Shown: positions 12,184-27,219 of the stretch, piece by piece
Layout of the letters: every line of letters starts with the position of its first letter
Position numbering within the stretch: position 1 is the stretch's first letter
Origin: Octopus sinensis
Lineage: Eukaryota
NCBI RefSeq assembly: GCF_006345805.1
Contig: NC_043023.1
Span: 9,424,001-9,488,000 of the forward strand
Direction: 5' to 3'
Length of the DNA: 64,000 nucleotides
Position numbers and translations under genes: made by a program
Notes under the pieces: model-generated
What the model saw: only the letters and a program-made list of their open reading frames with translations
The model's database searches: none
What the model was told of the DNA's origin: nothing

Positions 12184-15100
12184 CTTTTATTAATATATTC
12201 TTCTATACACAATCACACACGCCCGTATATATATATTCTATATTCCTATTGTGTATATGCCAACATGTCTGGAAAGCAACAAACAAAATTAACAGAATCA
12301 GAAAGAATTCTAATGGAAATTTCATCGAAATTATCAACACTCATCACGATGATTGACACACAATCCTCTATTCTAAAGGAAATAGAAAAACAGTCTACAG
12401 ACGGAAAACTTGGAAATGAACATATAAACTCTGACATTAAGAATTTAGCTGAAATGATACCAACAAGAGAAAGCCTACCACAACCTCCTTGGATGTCAGA
12501 AATAAACGAAAGAAATCTGGAAAAAGAGGCACACCGAAAAAGAGAAGAGTTACGGAAGACATGGAAAAAACTCCTTAACATAAGAAAACAAAACATCTGG
12601 AAGGCATATAAATGCGAAAAATATGCTGAAATACATTCGGAATGGATATCTTTAGCGGCACCCATACTTCCTCGGAAGTACCTAATTAATGATATTGCAG
12701 GAGAACCAGAGGAAGAAACAAAACATCGATGGGACCTTAGTTTGATAAAATTCAGGACCGACATCTCCATTACCCTGTCTAAATAATTCCGCTACAAAGC
12801 CAAATACGAAGCTATCGATGATCAAATCAGAGACGAAATATCCAAACTAACGACCGGCAATATAGTAGAAAAAATGCGAGAACTATGGACCAGAGATATC
12901 TCAAAAGAAGAAAGCAGATCAAGAAAGTTTTGGCAGCGGAAACAATTATTTCTCGACAAATATGCTACAAATTACGGTAAAGACACCAGAACTCTGAGAA
13001 ATAGCATTAAAAGTGGACAACCTCACCAACGCAACATAGGCCAGAACACGTGGCAACATGAACACCCGTTTCACCACGAATCGAAGACGAACTACGGTAA
13101 GAACTCTTCCCTTTTTGTATGCAAACACCCTAATGCACACAACATGAACAAAAAGCACAAACAAAATAGATATTCTTTTGATCAGACCATTAGCAGTAGA
13201 AATAACAGATCATTTTCAAGACCTCAACAGAGATTACCCACAAGAAACTGGACAAAGAACCGATCTAGATCTGGAAGTAAACCCAGATCATTTTCCCAGG
13301 TGGTTAAAAACAATACTAACAAGAAATTGAAAAATAATATAAATAATATACATAATACGAAAAGCAAGACAGAAAACATAACGAAACCAGGTAAAATACC
13401 ACAACCAAAACGCAAAATTCATCAAGCAAACATCAACAGGAATATAAATCATAAACGGGAAAAAATCCATTTTTTTACGCCAGGACAACAAACACCGGAG
13501 AAAGATAAAATCCAAGAGGAAACATACCCAAGACAACTGAACATATAGATCCTAAAATAATTAATTTATCAAAAAGAGATCTTGACAATGATGAAATCCA
13601 ACTTCTGTCAAAAGGACTGAAATTCACACCTACACCAACAGCCAACCACCAAGAATTAAAGGAGGCTATTCAAAAATTCTGTCGAAAATTACGACTTGTA
13701 GAATTTTTCGCTAACAAAAGTAATGAGATTGATGAATCCCTAGTAAGGAATAAATCAAATTTCACCCCACCAAAAGGAAGAAATAACTATTTTGACCAAT
13801 ACATTGATATCCTGTCTAAATTTCCCCTTAGACGCAATACCAATGTTAGGCAAAACATTAACAAATCAGAGATGTCTGCATGTAAACGTATACAAAACGA
13901 TCAAACAATAATAATAAAACAAGCAGATAAAGGTGGTGCAATTGTTATTATGGATACCGAATACTATAAGGAATTGGTTGAGGACCAACTGAAGGACACA
14001 ACTTTCTATTGTGAAATACCCTCAAATATAGACCACCACATCATGAAAAAGATCAACAACCTGATTTCAAAACACTAAAACTCACTTACCGATAATGAAA
14101 GAGACTACATCACCAATTTCGAACCAAAACCCAGCAACTTCTACGGCTTACCGAAAATACATAAATCAAAAGATATTCAACAGGCAGTAAAAGAACAAGA
14201 AAGTGAGTACATAAAATTACTCCATCCAAAAGACCTAAAACTTAGACCTATCATAGCTGGTCCAGCATGTCCTACCCACCGTCTAATCAATTTTATTGAC
14301 ATTGTTTTGAAATCATTATGTACTTACACACCCAGTTTCATCAGGGATGACATCGACTTCCTGTCCCATCTTCCCAAAACAACAGAAACAAATTCAGTTT
14401 TAATAAGTTTTGATGTGGTAAGCCTCTACATCAATATTCCACACGATTTAGGAATAAAGGCGATTAAATACTGGTTAGAAAAACATAGAGAAGTGATTCC
14501 CAGCAGATTCACAGTGCCATTTATATTAGACACAGTCAAACTTATTCTAGAAAACAACACGTTCTTCTTCAATGGAAAGAATTACATCCAAATTAGAGGC
14601 ACGGCGATGGGAACGAGGTTTGCTCCCGTTTACGCTAACTCTGTAATGGGATACTTAGAACAAAAACTCTACCAAGAGGTGGAGGTAAACTATGGCACTG
14701 GATTTAGAAAGTATATTGAAAAGGCATGGAAGAGATACCTTCACGACTGCTTCATAATCTGGACAGAATCTCTAAATACTCTGGAAGAGTTCAATATCCT
14801 CCTGAACAACCTACACCCATCTCTCCAATTTACAAAGGAGATGAGTAGTACCAAATTACCATTCCTAGATATAATGGTAATTAAAAAGGACACCACAATC
14901 ACCACAGATATATACTATAAACACACAGACACACATCAGTACCTGAATTTTAAGTCGTGCCATCCACCACATACAAAACGCAACATCCCATACTGCCTAG
15001 CCAGAAGAATTTGTACCATTGTAGAAGATGCAAATATCAGGAACTAACGCCTAACAGAACTAAGAGAATTTTTGCTCAAACAAAAATACCCATCTCTACT

Positions 15101-16465
15101 TATAGAAAATGGCATACAGCGGGCTATAAAAATACCCATACAACAACTTAGGACAACCCAAGGAAGAGGAAAACAAGAACAAGTCATACCATTCATAGTA
15201 ACACGAAACCCATGTCACCAGAATATCTTCAACATTGCCAAAGCAAACCTACCAATCATTGCTCAAAGTAATGAATTAAAAGATATAATCACGGATCGAG
15301 CTATGGCTCTTAGTAAAAGACAGCTTAAAAACTTGAAAAAATTACTAACAAAGGCAAAATTTGACCTTAGCAACAAAGACCAAACATTCACTGTATCTAA
15401 ATGCAATGATAGCCGATGTGGCACACGCCAATCCATACATACCGGCCAATATATAAACATAAAAACCGGGAAAATATTCACAAACGCGAATATGAACTGC
15501 AAAAGCAGAAATTTAATTTACTGCATCAAATGCCCAAATTGTGAAGAAATATATGTAGGTCAGACGGGAAATGCACTATCAGAACGCTCACGTGTACACC
15601 GACAACAGATTAGAGATCCAGAGCTCCGTCAGATACCTTTGAGTAACCACCTAGCAACATGTGGTCGGAAAATATATATAATATTTCCATTCTACAAATT
15701 ACACAGCCCAAGTGAAATCGAGAGGAAAATCAGAGAAAAGAATTTTATTGATAAATTCGAACCGAAGCTAAATAAGCAATAATAATAATACTTAGAGGTA
15801 CTACTTCTACTGCTACGACCATGACCACTAACAACAACAACAACACTAAAGGTGATCAAGATGAAGATAGCAGGAAAATTATCTTATTTAGGGTTAAATG
15901 TTCTATTGCCACCACCATCACCACTAGCAACAATAATTAAGGTGCTGACAATGATGATGATGACAATTGAAATATAGAAATCCCTGACAAAGGCTATTTA
16001 CAACATTTCTAAAAATAGCCCAACAATTGCTGCCTCGGCCAGGGTTAAGATACAGGACTCTTGACATGTTCAACAAAGCGTGACGCCTAAACCAATCAGC
16101 TCAACCAACCAATCAGCTTAAGTAATTGAGTGATACTACACACTGATTGTTCAGAATAGAGTTATCAAAACCTAGCAATCTGGAGCCTACACAGCTGTAT
16201 TTAAGGCACAGATTTAATCATCTCGCTACAGTCAAAAATTGTGAAGCATAACTTTCACCACTACTACATGAACCTGAAGATTGCAGAATTTAATGTATGA
16301 AAGTACTAGTTCAATCAGAATGAACATTTAACATTCTATTATTTTATTTTATTATATTATATTATTTAATATTATATCATTATAAGATTGTAAATATAAC
16401 GTGATAATCAGACAAGGTTTGGAATTCCTTTTATTAATATATTCTTCTATGCACAATCACACACA
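12184..16465 (+). mobile_element. near full-length Penelope-like element (RT + C-terminal GIY-YIG), ORF broken
   Basis: IINLS..LLSKGLKFTP, DKGGAIVIMD, FDVVSLYINIPH, GTAMGTRFAPVYAN, RYLHD (catalytic D lost), PFLD, NLIYCIKCPNCEEIYVGQTG; ~37-bp direct repeat at 12184-12220 and 16428-16464. Confidence 0.92.
16269..16313 (+). ncRNA. minimal type I hammerhead ribozyme in the PLE 3' pLTR
   Basis: tgaac-CTGAAGA-t tgca gaatttaa tgta t-GAAA-gtac-TA-gttca; palindromic AGTACT stem III. Confidence 0.78.
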
Positions 16466-16470
16466 CACCT

Positions 16471-16552
<82 letters not shown>

Positions 16553-16598
16553 ATATATATTATATATATAATATATATATATATATATATTATATATA

Positions 16599-17006
16599 GG
16601 GCGAAGGAGTGGCTGTGTGGTAGTAGCTTGCTAACCAACCACATGATTCCGGGTTCAGTCTCACTGCGTGGCACCTTGGGCAAGTGTCTTCTGCTATAGC
16701 CCCGGGCCGACCAAAGCCTTGTGAGTGGATTTGGTAGACGGAAACTGAAAAAGCCTTTCGTATAAATGTATGTATATATAAATATATATGTGTGTGTGTA
16801 TGTGTTTGAGTGTCTGTGTTTGTCCCCCTAGCATTGCTTGACAACCGATGCTGGTGTGTTTATGTCACCGTCGCTTAGCGGTTCGGCAATAGAGACCGAT
16901 AGAATAAGTACTGGGCTTACAAAAGAATAAGTTCCGGAGTCGATTTGCTCGACTAAAGGCGGTGCTCCAGCATGACCGCAGTCAAATGACTTAAACAAGT
17001 AAAAGA
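16599..17006 (+). mobile_element. SINE family A, full length
   Basis: ggagtggctgtgtggtagtagcttgc head through to the gactgaaacaagtaaaaga-like tail. Confidence 0.9.
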
Positions 17007-17028
17007 GAAAAGAAAAAGATAGATATAT

Positions 17029-17118
<90 letters not shown>

Positions 17119-17542
17119 TTGTATGTATGTATGTATGTATGTATGCATAGAGACAGAAAGAGAGAGAGAGAGACAGACAGAAAGACAGATAGATAGATAG
17201 ATAGAGAGAGAGAGAGCCCAACACAGAGAGACAGACGGAGTGTGAGGGAGAGAAAGAAAGTCGGATTATCTCATCCTCTCTCCCATGAGTTAAGTCTTCG
17301 ACTTGCGCTACCCACTCTGCTGTTTGCCGGAATTTTGTTTGCAACCAATAACTGGCATCTGACATAAGACACCTGCATCAATTACTTAAATATGTAGCAA
17401 ACACTTGAGAAGTTCCGTTTTAAACAGCAATATATGTACAACGGTTCCAGGAGTGAACTACTTGACAACAAAACCACTTGGAAAACAGTAGTTAAGTAGA
17501 CATTTAATATAGAAAGTTAGAGAGATATACGAACAGGCAGGC

Positions 17543-17575
<33 letters not shown>

Positions 17576-17879
17576 CATATATATATATACATATATATAT
17601 ATATAAAGTTAATCCAAACAAGAAAACACAGAAAAAAACAGCAACGCGAGGACGTGGAACAATTAAAGTATTATTTGACGCTCAAGAAAGAAGGGAAGGA
17701 GGGTTTAAAGTTTCGAGCGGAGCTCTTCGTCGGAAACAAGGAGAAGGAAAGATCCCAAGAAGGGAAGACAGAGGAAAAAAATATATTTGCTGGTGGTGCT
17801 CAAGAGATCACATGTTGAAAGAACAGAAGGTTGAAAGGTAGACGAATCATGATTTTTAAAAACAAGAGAGTTTCAAAGA

Positions 17880-20800
17880 CAAGGAATGTGTGTGGGTGCG
17901 TGTGTGTGTGTGCAAGGATGACAGTGTGTTTGTGCGTGCGTGCGTGTGTGTGTGTATGTATGTATGGTGAACAACAGGCATGGCTTAGCCAGCTGTCATA
18001 AAGGAGTGGCACTTTTTTATATCCAGCGAGGTCAAAACCAGGTCGAAAAACAAAGGGGTATGTGTGTGAGCGTGTACGTATATGTATCATGTGTGTGTGT
18101 TGTTTGTTGTGTGTGTGTGTGCATGTGTGTTCGTGTGTGTATGCGTAGAGTTTGGGTGTGTGGTGAGTAACTGTGCTTAACCTAGTGTATGTGTGCGTGT
18201 GTGCTGGTACGTGCGCGTGTGTGTGTAGGGATGTATGTGTGGGTTCATTTGTGTGAGTGTGTATGTATGTACGTGTATGTGTGTGCGTGTATGTGTGTGT
18301 TTGTATGTGTTTATGTGTATGTGTGCGTGCGCGGATAGGTGTATATTGTGTATTTATATCTGTCGGTGTGTATGTGAGTTTGTGTGTGTTTGTACTTGTG
18401 TATGTGTGTGTGCGTGTATAGTATATATATGTAAATGTGTGTGTGTGTGCGCGTGTGTGTACGTGCGTGCGAGTGAATGTATGTATATATGTGCGTGTGT
18501 GTACAATGTAGAGGCTTATATGTGTGTTTATGTTTATATGTGTGTATGTATGTATGTATGTGTGTATAAGTGTGTGTGTGTATGTATGTGTGTGTGTATG
18601 TATGTGTATGTATGTATGTGTGCATGCGTGTATGTGTGTGTGTACGTATGTATGTATGTATATGTATATGTATGTATGTATCTATGTATGTATGTGTGTA
18701 CGTATGTGTGTGTATGTTTGTATGTGTGTATGTGTGTATGTGTATGTGTATGTATGTGAGTATATGTATGCGTGTGTGTATGTATGAGTGTATGTATGTA
18801 TGTGTGTATAAGTGTGTGTGTGTATGTATGTATGTATGTATGGATGCATGTATGTGTGTGTATGTATGTATGTGTGTATGTGTGTGTGTATGTGTGTATA
18901 TGTGTATGTATGTGTGTGTATGTATGTGTGTGTGTATGTATGTATGTGTGCCTGCGTCTATGTGTGCATATGTGTGTGTATGTATGTATGTATATGTATG
19001 TGCGTGTGCGTGTATGTATATATGTAAGTATGTATGTATGTGTGTATGTATGTGTGTGTGTATGTATGTGTGTATATGTGTATATGTGTGTATGTGTATG
19101 TATGTATATGTATGTGTGTGTGTATGTATCTATGTGTGTATGTGTGTCCATGTGTGTATGTATGTATGTATGTATGTATGTATGTGTGTGTATGTATGTG
19201 TGTGTATGTATGTATGTATGTACGTACGTATGTATGTATGTGTGTGTTTATGTGTGTAAGTGTGTGTGTGTATGTATGTATGTATGTATGTGTGTATGTA
19301 TGTATCTATGCACGCGTGTATGTGTGTATGTGCCTGTGTGTACGTATGTATGTATATGTATGCGTACGTGTATGTATGTATGTATGTATGTATGTATCTA
19401 TGTATGTAGTGTATGTATGTGTGTGTGTATGTATGTATGTATGTGTGCATGCGTGTATGTGTGTATGTGTGCATATGTATTTATATATATGTGTGTGTAA
19501 GTGTGTATAGGTGTATGTATGTTCGTATGTATGTATGTATGTATGTATGTGTGTGTGTGTGTGTGTATGTGTGTGTGTATGTATGTATGTATGTATGTAT
19601 GTATGTGTGTGTATGTATGTGTGTATGTGTATAAGTGTGTGTGTATGTATGTATGTATGTATGTGTGTGTGTGTATGTATGTTTGTGTATGTATGTATGT
19701 ATACGTGCGAGTGTGTGTGTATGTGTGTGTGTATGTATATGTATGTTTGTGTATGTATGTATGTATGTGTGTATGTATGTGTGTATGTATGTATGTATGT
19801 ATGTATGTGCATGTATGTATGTGTGTATGTGTGTGTATATGTGTTTGTATGTATATTAATGCGTATGTGTATGTATGTATGAGTGTATGTCTGTAAGTAT
19901 GTATGTGTGTGTGTGTATGTAAGTGTGTGTGTATGTATGTATGTACGGGTGTATGTGTGTAAGTGTGTGTGTGTATGTGTATGTGTATGTATGTATGTAT
20001 ATGTACGTGTGTGTGTATGTAAGTATGTATGTGTGTGTATGTGTGTAGTATGTGTGTGTGTATGTATGTGTGTATGTGTGTATGTATGTATGTATGTGTG
20101 CATGCGTGTATGTGTGTATGTGTGTATATGGATGTATATATATGTGTGTGTATGTGTGTATAGGTGTGTGTATGTATTGCGTATGTATGTATGTATGTAT
20201 GTATGTGTGTGTATGTATCTGTGTATGTGTATAAGTGTGTGTATGTATGTATGTATGTATGTATGTGTGTGTGTGTGAATGTGTGTGTATGTATGTATGT
20301 ATGCGTTCTTGTGTGTGTATGTGTGTGTGTATGTGTGTGTGTATGTATATGTATGTTTGTGTATGTATGTATGTATGTATGTATGTATGTGTGTATGTAT
20401 GTGTGTATGTATGTGTGTATGTATGTATGTATGTGTATGTATGTATGTATGTGTGTATGTGTGTGTATATGTGTATGTATGTATGTATATGTATGCTTGT
20501 GTGTATGTATGTATGAGTGTATGTGTGTAAGTATGTATGTATGTGTGCGTATGTTAGTGTTTGTGTATGTATGTATGTACGGGTGTATGTGTGTAAGTGT
20601 GTGTGTTTATGTGTATGTATGTATGTATGTATATGTACGCGTGTGTGTATATATGTGTGTATGTGTGTGTATGTGTGTAGTATGTATGTGTGTGTATGTG
20701 TGTGTGTATGTGTTTGTATGCATGTATGTATTTATGTATGTATGTGTGTGTGCATGCGTGTATGTGTGTATGTGTGTATATGGATGTATATATATGTGTG

Positions 20801-23800
20801 TGTATGTGTGTATAGGTGTGTGTATGTATTGCGTATGTATGTATGTATGTATGTGTGTGTATGTATCTGTGTATGTGTATAAGTGTGTGTATGTATGTAT
20901 GTATGTATGTGTGTGTGTATGAATGTGTGCGTATGTATGTATGTATGCGTTCTTGTGTGTGTATGTGTGTGTGTATGTATATGTATGTGTGTGTATGTAT
21001 GTATGTATTTATGTATGTATGTATGTATGCATATGTATGTGTGTGTGTATGTATATATGTGTCTATGTATGTGTGTATGTATGCGTGTGTGTATGTATGT
21101 ATGTGTGTATGTGTATGTGTATGTATGTGTGTATATGAATGCGTGTGTGTATGTATGTGTGTATATGTGTGTGTGTATGTATGTATGTGTGTGTATGTAT
21201 GTATGTGTGTATGTGTGTGTATGTGTGTAGTATGTATGTATGTGTATGTGTGTGTATGTATGTGTATGTATGTATGTTTGTGTGTGTGTATGTATGTGTG
21301 TATGTGTGTATGTATGTATGTATGTATGTATGTGTGCATGCGTGTATATGTGTATGTGTGTATATGGATGTATATATATGTGTGTGTATGTGTGTATAGG
21401 TGTGTGTATGTATGTGCGTATGTATGTATGTATGTATGTGTGTGTATGTGTGTGTGTATGTGTGTGTATGTATGTATGTATTTATGTATGTAAGTGTGTG
21501 TATGTATGTGTGTATGTGTATACGTGTGTGTATGTATGTATGTATGTATGTATGTGTGTGTGTATGTATTTGTGTGTGTGTATGTATGTATGCGTGCGTG
21601 TGTGTGTATGTGTGTGTGTATGTGTGTGTATGTCTATGCATGTTTGTGTATGTATGTATGTATGTATGTGTGTATGTATGTGTGTATGTATGTATGTATG
21701 TATGTGTATGTAGGTATGTATGTGTGTATGTGTGTGTATATGTGTATGTATGTATATGTATGCTTGTGTGTATGTATGAGTGTATGTGTGTAAGTATTTT
21801 TATATGTGTATGTATGTATGTATGTATGTATGTACGGGTGCATGTGTGTAAGTGTGTGTATGTATGTGTATGTGTATGTATGTATGTATGTATACGTACG
21901 CGTGTGTGTATGTATGTGTGTATGTGTGTGTATGTGTGTAGTTTGTATGTGTGTGTATGTGTGTGTATGTATGTGTATGTATGTGTGTCTGTATATGTAT
22001 GTGTGTGTGTATGTATATATGTGTCTATGTATGTATGTATGTATGCGTGTGTGTATGTATGTATGTGTGTAAGTGTGTGTGTATGTATGTGTGTATATGA
22101 ATGCGTGTGTGTATGTATGTGTGTATATGTGTGTGTGTATGTATGTATGTCTGTGTATGTATGTATGTGTGTATGTGTGTGTATGTGTGTACATTTGTGT
22201 GTATGTATGTGTGGGTATGTATGTGTGTGTGTATGTATGTATGTGTGCCTGCGTCTATGTGTGCATATGTGTGTGTATGTATGTATGTATATGCATGTGC
22301 GTGTGTGTGTATGTATGTATGTATGTATGTATGTATGTGTGTATGTAATGTATGTGTGTATGTGCCTGTGTGTACGTATGTATGTATATGTATGCGTACG
22401 TGTATGTATGTATGTATCTATGTATGTATGTGTGCATGCGTGTATGTGTGTATGTGTGTATATGTATTAATATATGTGTGTAAAGGTGTGTGTATGTATG
22501 TTCGTATGTATGTATGTATGTATGTATGTATATGTATGTATGTGTGTGTATGTGTGTTTGTATGTTGTGTATGTATGTATGTATGTATGCGTGCGTGTGT
22601 GTGTGTGTATGTGCGTGTGTATGTGTGTGTGTATGTATATGTATGTTTGTGTATGTATGTATGTATGTATGTTTGTGTGTATGTATGTGTGTATGTGTGT
22701 ATGTATCTATGTGTACGTACGTATGTATGTGTGTATGTGTGTGTATATGTGTATGTATGTATATTAATGCGTGTGTGTATGTATGTATGAGTGTATGTGT
22801 GTAAGTATGTATGTATGTGTGTGTATGTAAGTGTGTGTGTATGTATGTATGTATGTACGGGTGTATGTGTGTAAGTGTGTGTGTGTATGTGTATGTGTAT
22901 GTATGTATGTATATATACGCGTGTGTGTATGTATGTATGTGTGTATGTGTGAGTATGTGTGTAGTATGTATGTGTGTGTATGTGTGTGTATGTTTGTGTA
23001 TGTGTGTATGTATGCGTGTGTGTATGTGTGTATGTGTGTATGTATGTATGTATGTATGTGTGCATGCGTGTATGTGTGCATGTGTGTATATGGATGTATA
23101 TATATGTGTGTGTATGTGTGTATAGGTGTGTGTATGTATGTGCGTATGTATGTATGTATGTATGCATGTATGTATGTATGTATGTATGTGTGTGTATGTA
23201 TGTATGTATGTATATATGTATGTATGTGTGTGTATGTATGTGTGTATATGTATAAGTGTGTGTATGTATGTATGTATGTATGTATGTGTGTGTGTATGTA
23301 TGTGTGTGTATATATGTATGTATGCGTGCGTGTGTGTGTATGTGTGTGTATATGTGTGTGTATGTATATGTATGTTTGTGTATGTGTGTATGTATGTATG
23401 TATGTATGAGTATGTATGTATGTGTGTGTATATGTGTATGTATGTATGTATATGTATGCTTGTGTGTATGTATGTATGAGTGTATGTGTGTAAGTATGTA
23501 TGTACGTGTGTGTATGTTAGTGCGTGTGTATGTATGTATGTACGGGTGTATGTGTGTAAGTGTGTGTGTGTATGTGTATGTATGTATATGTACGCGTGTG
23601 TGTATGTATGTGTGTATGTGTGTTTATGTGTGTAGTATGTATGTGTGTGCATATGTGTGTATGTATGTGTATGTATGTATGTATATGTATGGGTGTGTGT
23701 ATGTATATATGTGTCTATGTATGTGTGTATGTATGCGTGTGTGTATGTATGTATGTGTGTATGTATATGTGTATGTATGTGTGTATATGAATGCGTGTGT

Positions 23801-25900
23801 GTATGTATGTGTGTATATGTGTGTGTGTATGTATGTATGTGTGTGTAAGTATGTATGTGTATGTGTGTACATTTGTGTGTATGTATGTGTGAGTATGTAT
23901 GTGTGTGTGTATGTATGTATGTGTGCCTTCGTCTATGTGTGCATATGTGTGTGTATGTATGTATGTATATGCATGTGCGTGTGTGTGTATGTATGTATGT
24001 ATGTATGTATGTATGTATGTTTGTGTGTATGTATGTGTGTATGTGTGTGTATGTATGTGTGTATGTGTGTGTATGTGTATGTATGTATGTATATGTATGC
24101 GTGTGTGTATGTATCTATGTGTGTATGTGTGTGTGTATGTGTGTATGTTTGTATGTATATATGTGTTTTTGTGTATGTATGTGTGGGTATGTATGTATAT
24201 ACGTACGTATGTATGTATGTGTGTGTGTATGTGTGTAAGTTTGTGTGTGTAAGTATTTATGTATGTATGTGTGTATGTATGTATTTATGCATGCGTGTAT
24301 GTATCTATGTGCGTGTGTGTTCGTATGTATGTATATGTATTTGTGTGTGTATGTATGTATGTATCTATGTATGTAGTGTATGTATGTGTGTGTGTGTGTA
24401 TGTATGTATGTTTGTGTGCATGCGTGTATGTGTGTATCTGTGTGTATGTATGTATATATATATGTGTGTGTATGTGTATATGTATGTATGTATGTATATG
24501 TACGCGTTTGTGTATGTATGTATGTATGTGTGTATGTGTGTATGTGTGTAGTATGTATGTATTTGTACGTGTGTGTGTGTAAGTATGTGTATGTATGTAT
24601 GTATATGTATGTGTGTGTATGTATATATGTGTCCATGTATGTATGTGTGTATGTATGCGTGTGTGTATGTATGTATGTGTGTATGTGTGTATGTTTGTGT
24701 TCGTGTGTGTATGTATGTATATGTATGCGTGTGTGTATGTAAGTATGCGTGTATGTATTTCTGTATGTGTGTGTATGTGTGTGTATGTATGTGTGTGTGT
24801 GTATGTATGTGTGTATGTGTGTGTATGTATATGTGTGTGTATGTATGTATGTGTGCATGTATGTATGTAATTGTGTGTATGTATGTTTATATATGTATGT
24901 ATGTGTGCATGCGTGTGTGTGTGTGTATGTGCGTGTGTGTACGTATTTATGTATATGTATGTGTGTGTGTATGTATGTATATGTATGTGTGTATGTATGT
25001 ATGTATGTATCTATGTATATATGTATGTGTGTATGTGTGTGTATGTATGTATGTATGTGTGTATGCGTGTCTGTGTGTATGTGTGTATGCATGTATGTAT
25101 GTGTATGTCTGTGTATGTGTGTGTGTATGTTTGTGTATGTATGCATGTATGTGTATGTGTGTGTGTACGTATATGTTTGTATGTATGTTTGTATGTGTGT
25201 GTGTATGTGTGTATGTATGTGGGTATGTATGTATGTATGTGTATACGTGTGTGTGTATGTATGTATGTATGTATGTGTGTTTGTATCTATGTATGTGTGT
25301 ATGTATGTGTGTATGTATGTATGCATGCATGTGTGTACGTGTGTGTGTATGTATGTATGTATGTGTGTGCATGTATGTGTATGTATGTATGTGTGCGTGC
25401 GTGTGTGTGTGGGTATGTGTGTGCGTATGTATGTGTGTGTGTATATATGTATGTGTGCATATGTGTATTTATGTGTATGTGTGTATGTATGTATGTGTGT
25501 GTATGTATGCGTGTGTGTGTATATATGTATGTATGTGTGAATGTATCTATGTATGTATTATGTGTGTGCACGTATGTATGTGTGTGTGTGAATGTATGCG
25601 TGTGTGTGTGGGGGGGCGTAAGGTAAATGCGCGTGCTTGTGTGCGTGTGTGCGCTTACGTGCGTGTATCTGTGCGTCTCTGCTAGGTGTTTATAGGAGTG
25701 TTCGTATCTGTGTGAGTATTGTCCCCGGTGTGTGTGCACGGGCATGTGTGTGTGTGCGCGTGGGTGTTTGTGGGTGTGTTGGTGTGTGTATAGGTGTGGA
25801 AGTATGTGTGCGTACATGTGCATGTACGTTGTGTGTGTGTGGTGTGTTGGGAGTAGGTGTGTTTGTGGGTACGTGAGTATGTGTGTGTGTGTGACTGCAT
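17880..25900. repeat. ~8-kb compound (TG)/(TA)/(TGTA) microsatellite
   Basis: directly visible; source of all the VCVY/HTYI ORFs. Confidence 0.97.
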
Positions 25901-26001
25901 ATGGACAAGTATAAAAAATAAAAAATAAAAAATAAAATAATAAATAAAAAATAATAAATGAAAAATAAAAGATGCTAGTGGGGAAAAGTGGAGCGCAGTC
26001 A

Positions 26002-26900
26002 CTAAGAGGAGGGGGCTGTGTTGAATCCGTGTGGGTTTAGAGTCTGTAGAAGGAATATCAGCCGTTGCTCCAAGTGGAGATTGTGGAGAGCCGTTGTGTG
26101 GGGCAACACCAAACACCGAGATGTCATCGGAGGAATGGCTGGCCGAGCGGATGTGACGTGCGACGGGAGAATTGGACCGTAGACGAACATCTCTCAGATG
26201 TTCGGCGAATCGGTCTGACAACCGGCGTCCCGTCTGTCCTATATACAGCATTCCGCAGAGGTTGCATTTAATGCAGTATATTAGTCCAGACGAGGTTCAC
26301 GTAAAAGAATGTCTGATACGTACAGTTCGCTGGTTGGAATAGGTGACAGCAGTGGTGTTGGTGATGAAGGGGTAGGTGTTGCAGCGGGATCTGGAGCACG
26401 GGAAGGATCCGAGTGGGGCCGAGGGGGAAGAAGGGAGGGTGCTGCGGACCAGGAGGTCGCGTAGATTCCGGGCTCGTTTGAAGGAGGACAGGGGTGGGCT
26501 GGGGAAAATGGGGTGGGTCGTGGAATCGAGCTGGAGACGACGGAATGCACGAAGTATCTTCCGACGAAGGGGTAGAGTAGAGGCGTGGAAAAGGGGGGAA
26601 AGGGGTGCGGTTGGGGGGTGGGTGAGTGGAAGGGAGAAAGGGCGGTGGTGGCAGTCGATATGACGACGAGCGCGGGCGAGGCGTTCGAGACCAGGGTAGG
26701 TGGGGTACCTCCTCGAAGCCTGAACAAGCGGGCCAGGTATTGAGACTGGGTCTCGAAATCCTGGTCGCAGCTGCACAAGGTTCGGAGGCGGGGAACTGGG
26801 AGTAGGGGATGGCCCGTTTGGTGTGGAAGTCTGGGAGGAGGAGAAGTTGAGATACAGGTGGTGAATCCGGGGTTTGAAGAAGGCGGAGGTGGTGGAGAGT
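26002..26900 (-). mobile_element. Penelope-like element 3' fragment (linker + GIY-YIG), different family from the 12-16 kb copy
   Basis: FKRARNLRDLLVRS, FPCSRSRCNT, IYCIKCNLCGMLYIGQTGRRLSDRFAEHLRD, LEQRLIFLLQTLNPHGFN; GC-rich. Confidence 0.85.
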
Positions 26901-26927
26901 GGGTGGGGGTGGTCGATGCTGAGTGAG

Positions 26928-27219
26928 ATATCAAGGAAGTTTAACGAAAATATATATATACAAAATTAAAAGAACTGACCTCTAAAAGTGGACGGTCAAT
27001 ATCTAGATATAGACGTCAAAATCGCTATTTTCCACGAAGAATGTGTTCTCAAGTAAAAACGCAGCACAACCAAAGTGTAAAAAATAAGCAAGACAAATGA
27101 AAATATACGAAATAATAATGATTTTGATTCTATATCTAGCATATTGACCGTCCACTTTTTAGTGATCAGTCCTTTAAATTTTGTATGTAAATATTTTAAT
27201 CTTCGGATTTCCTTAATAT
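26928..27219. mobile_element. MITE with ~85-bp imperfect terminal inverted repeats
   Basis: aaaagtggacggtcaatat-ctagatataga and tctatatctagcatattgaccgtccacttttt are inverted. Confidence 0.75.

Noticed and set aside
12265-15782. Selenocysteine read-through in the PLE ORF
   Set aside because: The interrupting stops I checked are TAA or TAG (12784, 13546, 14076, 15045), not TGA, and there are frameshifts.
17703-17737. Hammerhead remnant on minus (gttt-CCGACGA-a gagc tcc gctc-GAAA-cttt-aaac)
   Set aside because: Core U4 and stem III are both altered. Probably a relic, but too degraded to call.
17940-25914. Dozens of VCVY/HTYI ORFs up to 465 aa
   Set aside because: TG/TA repeats lack stop codons in several frames; not genes.
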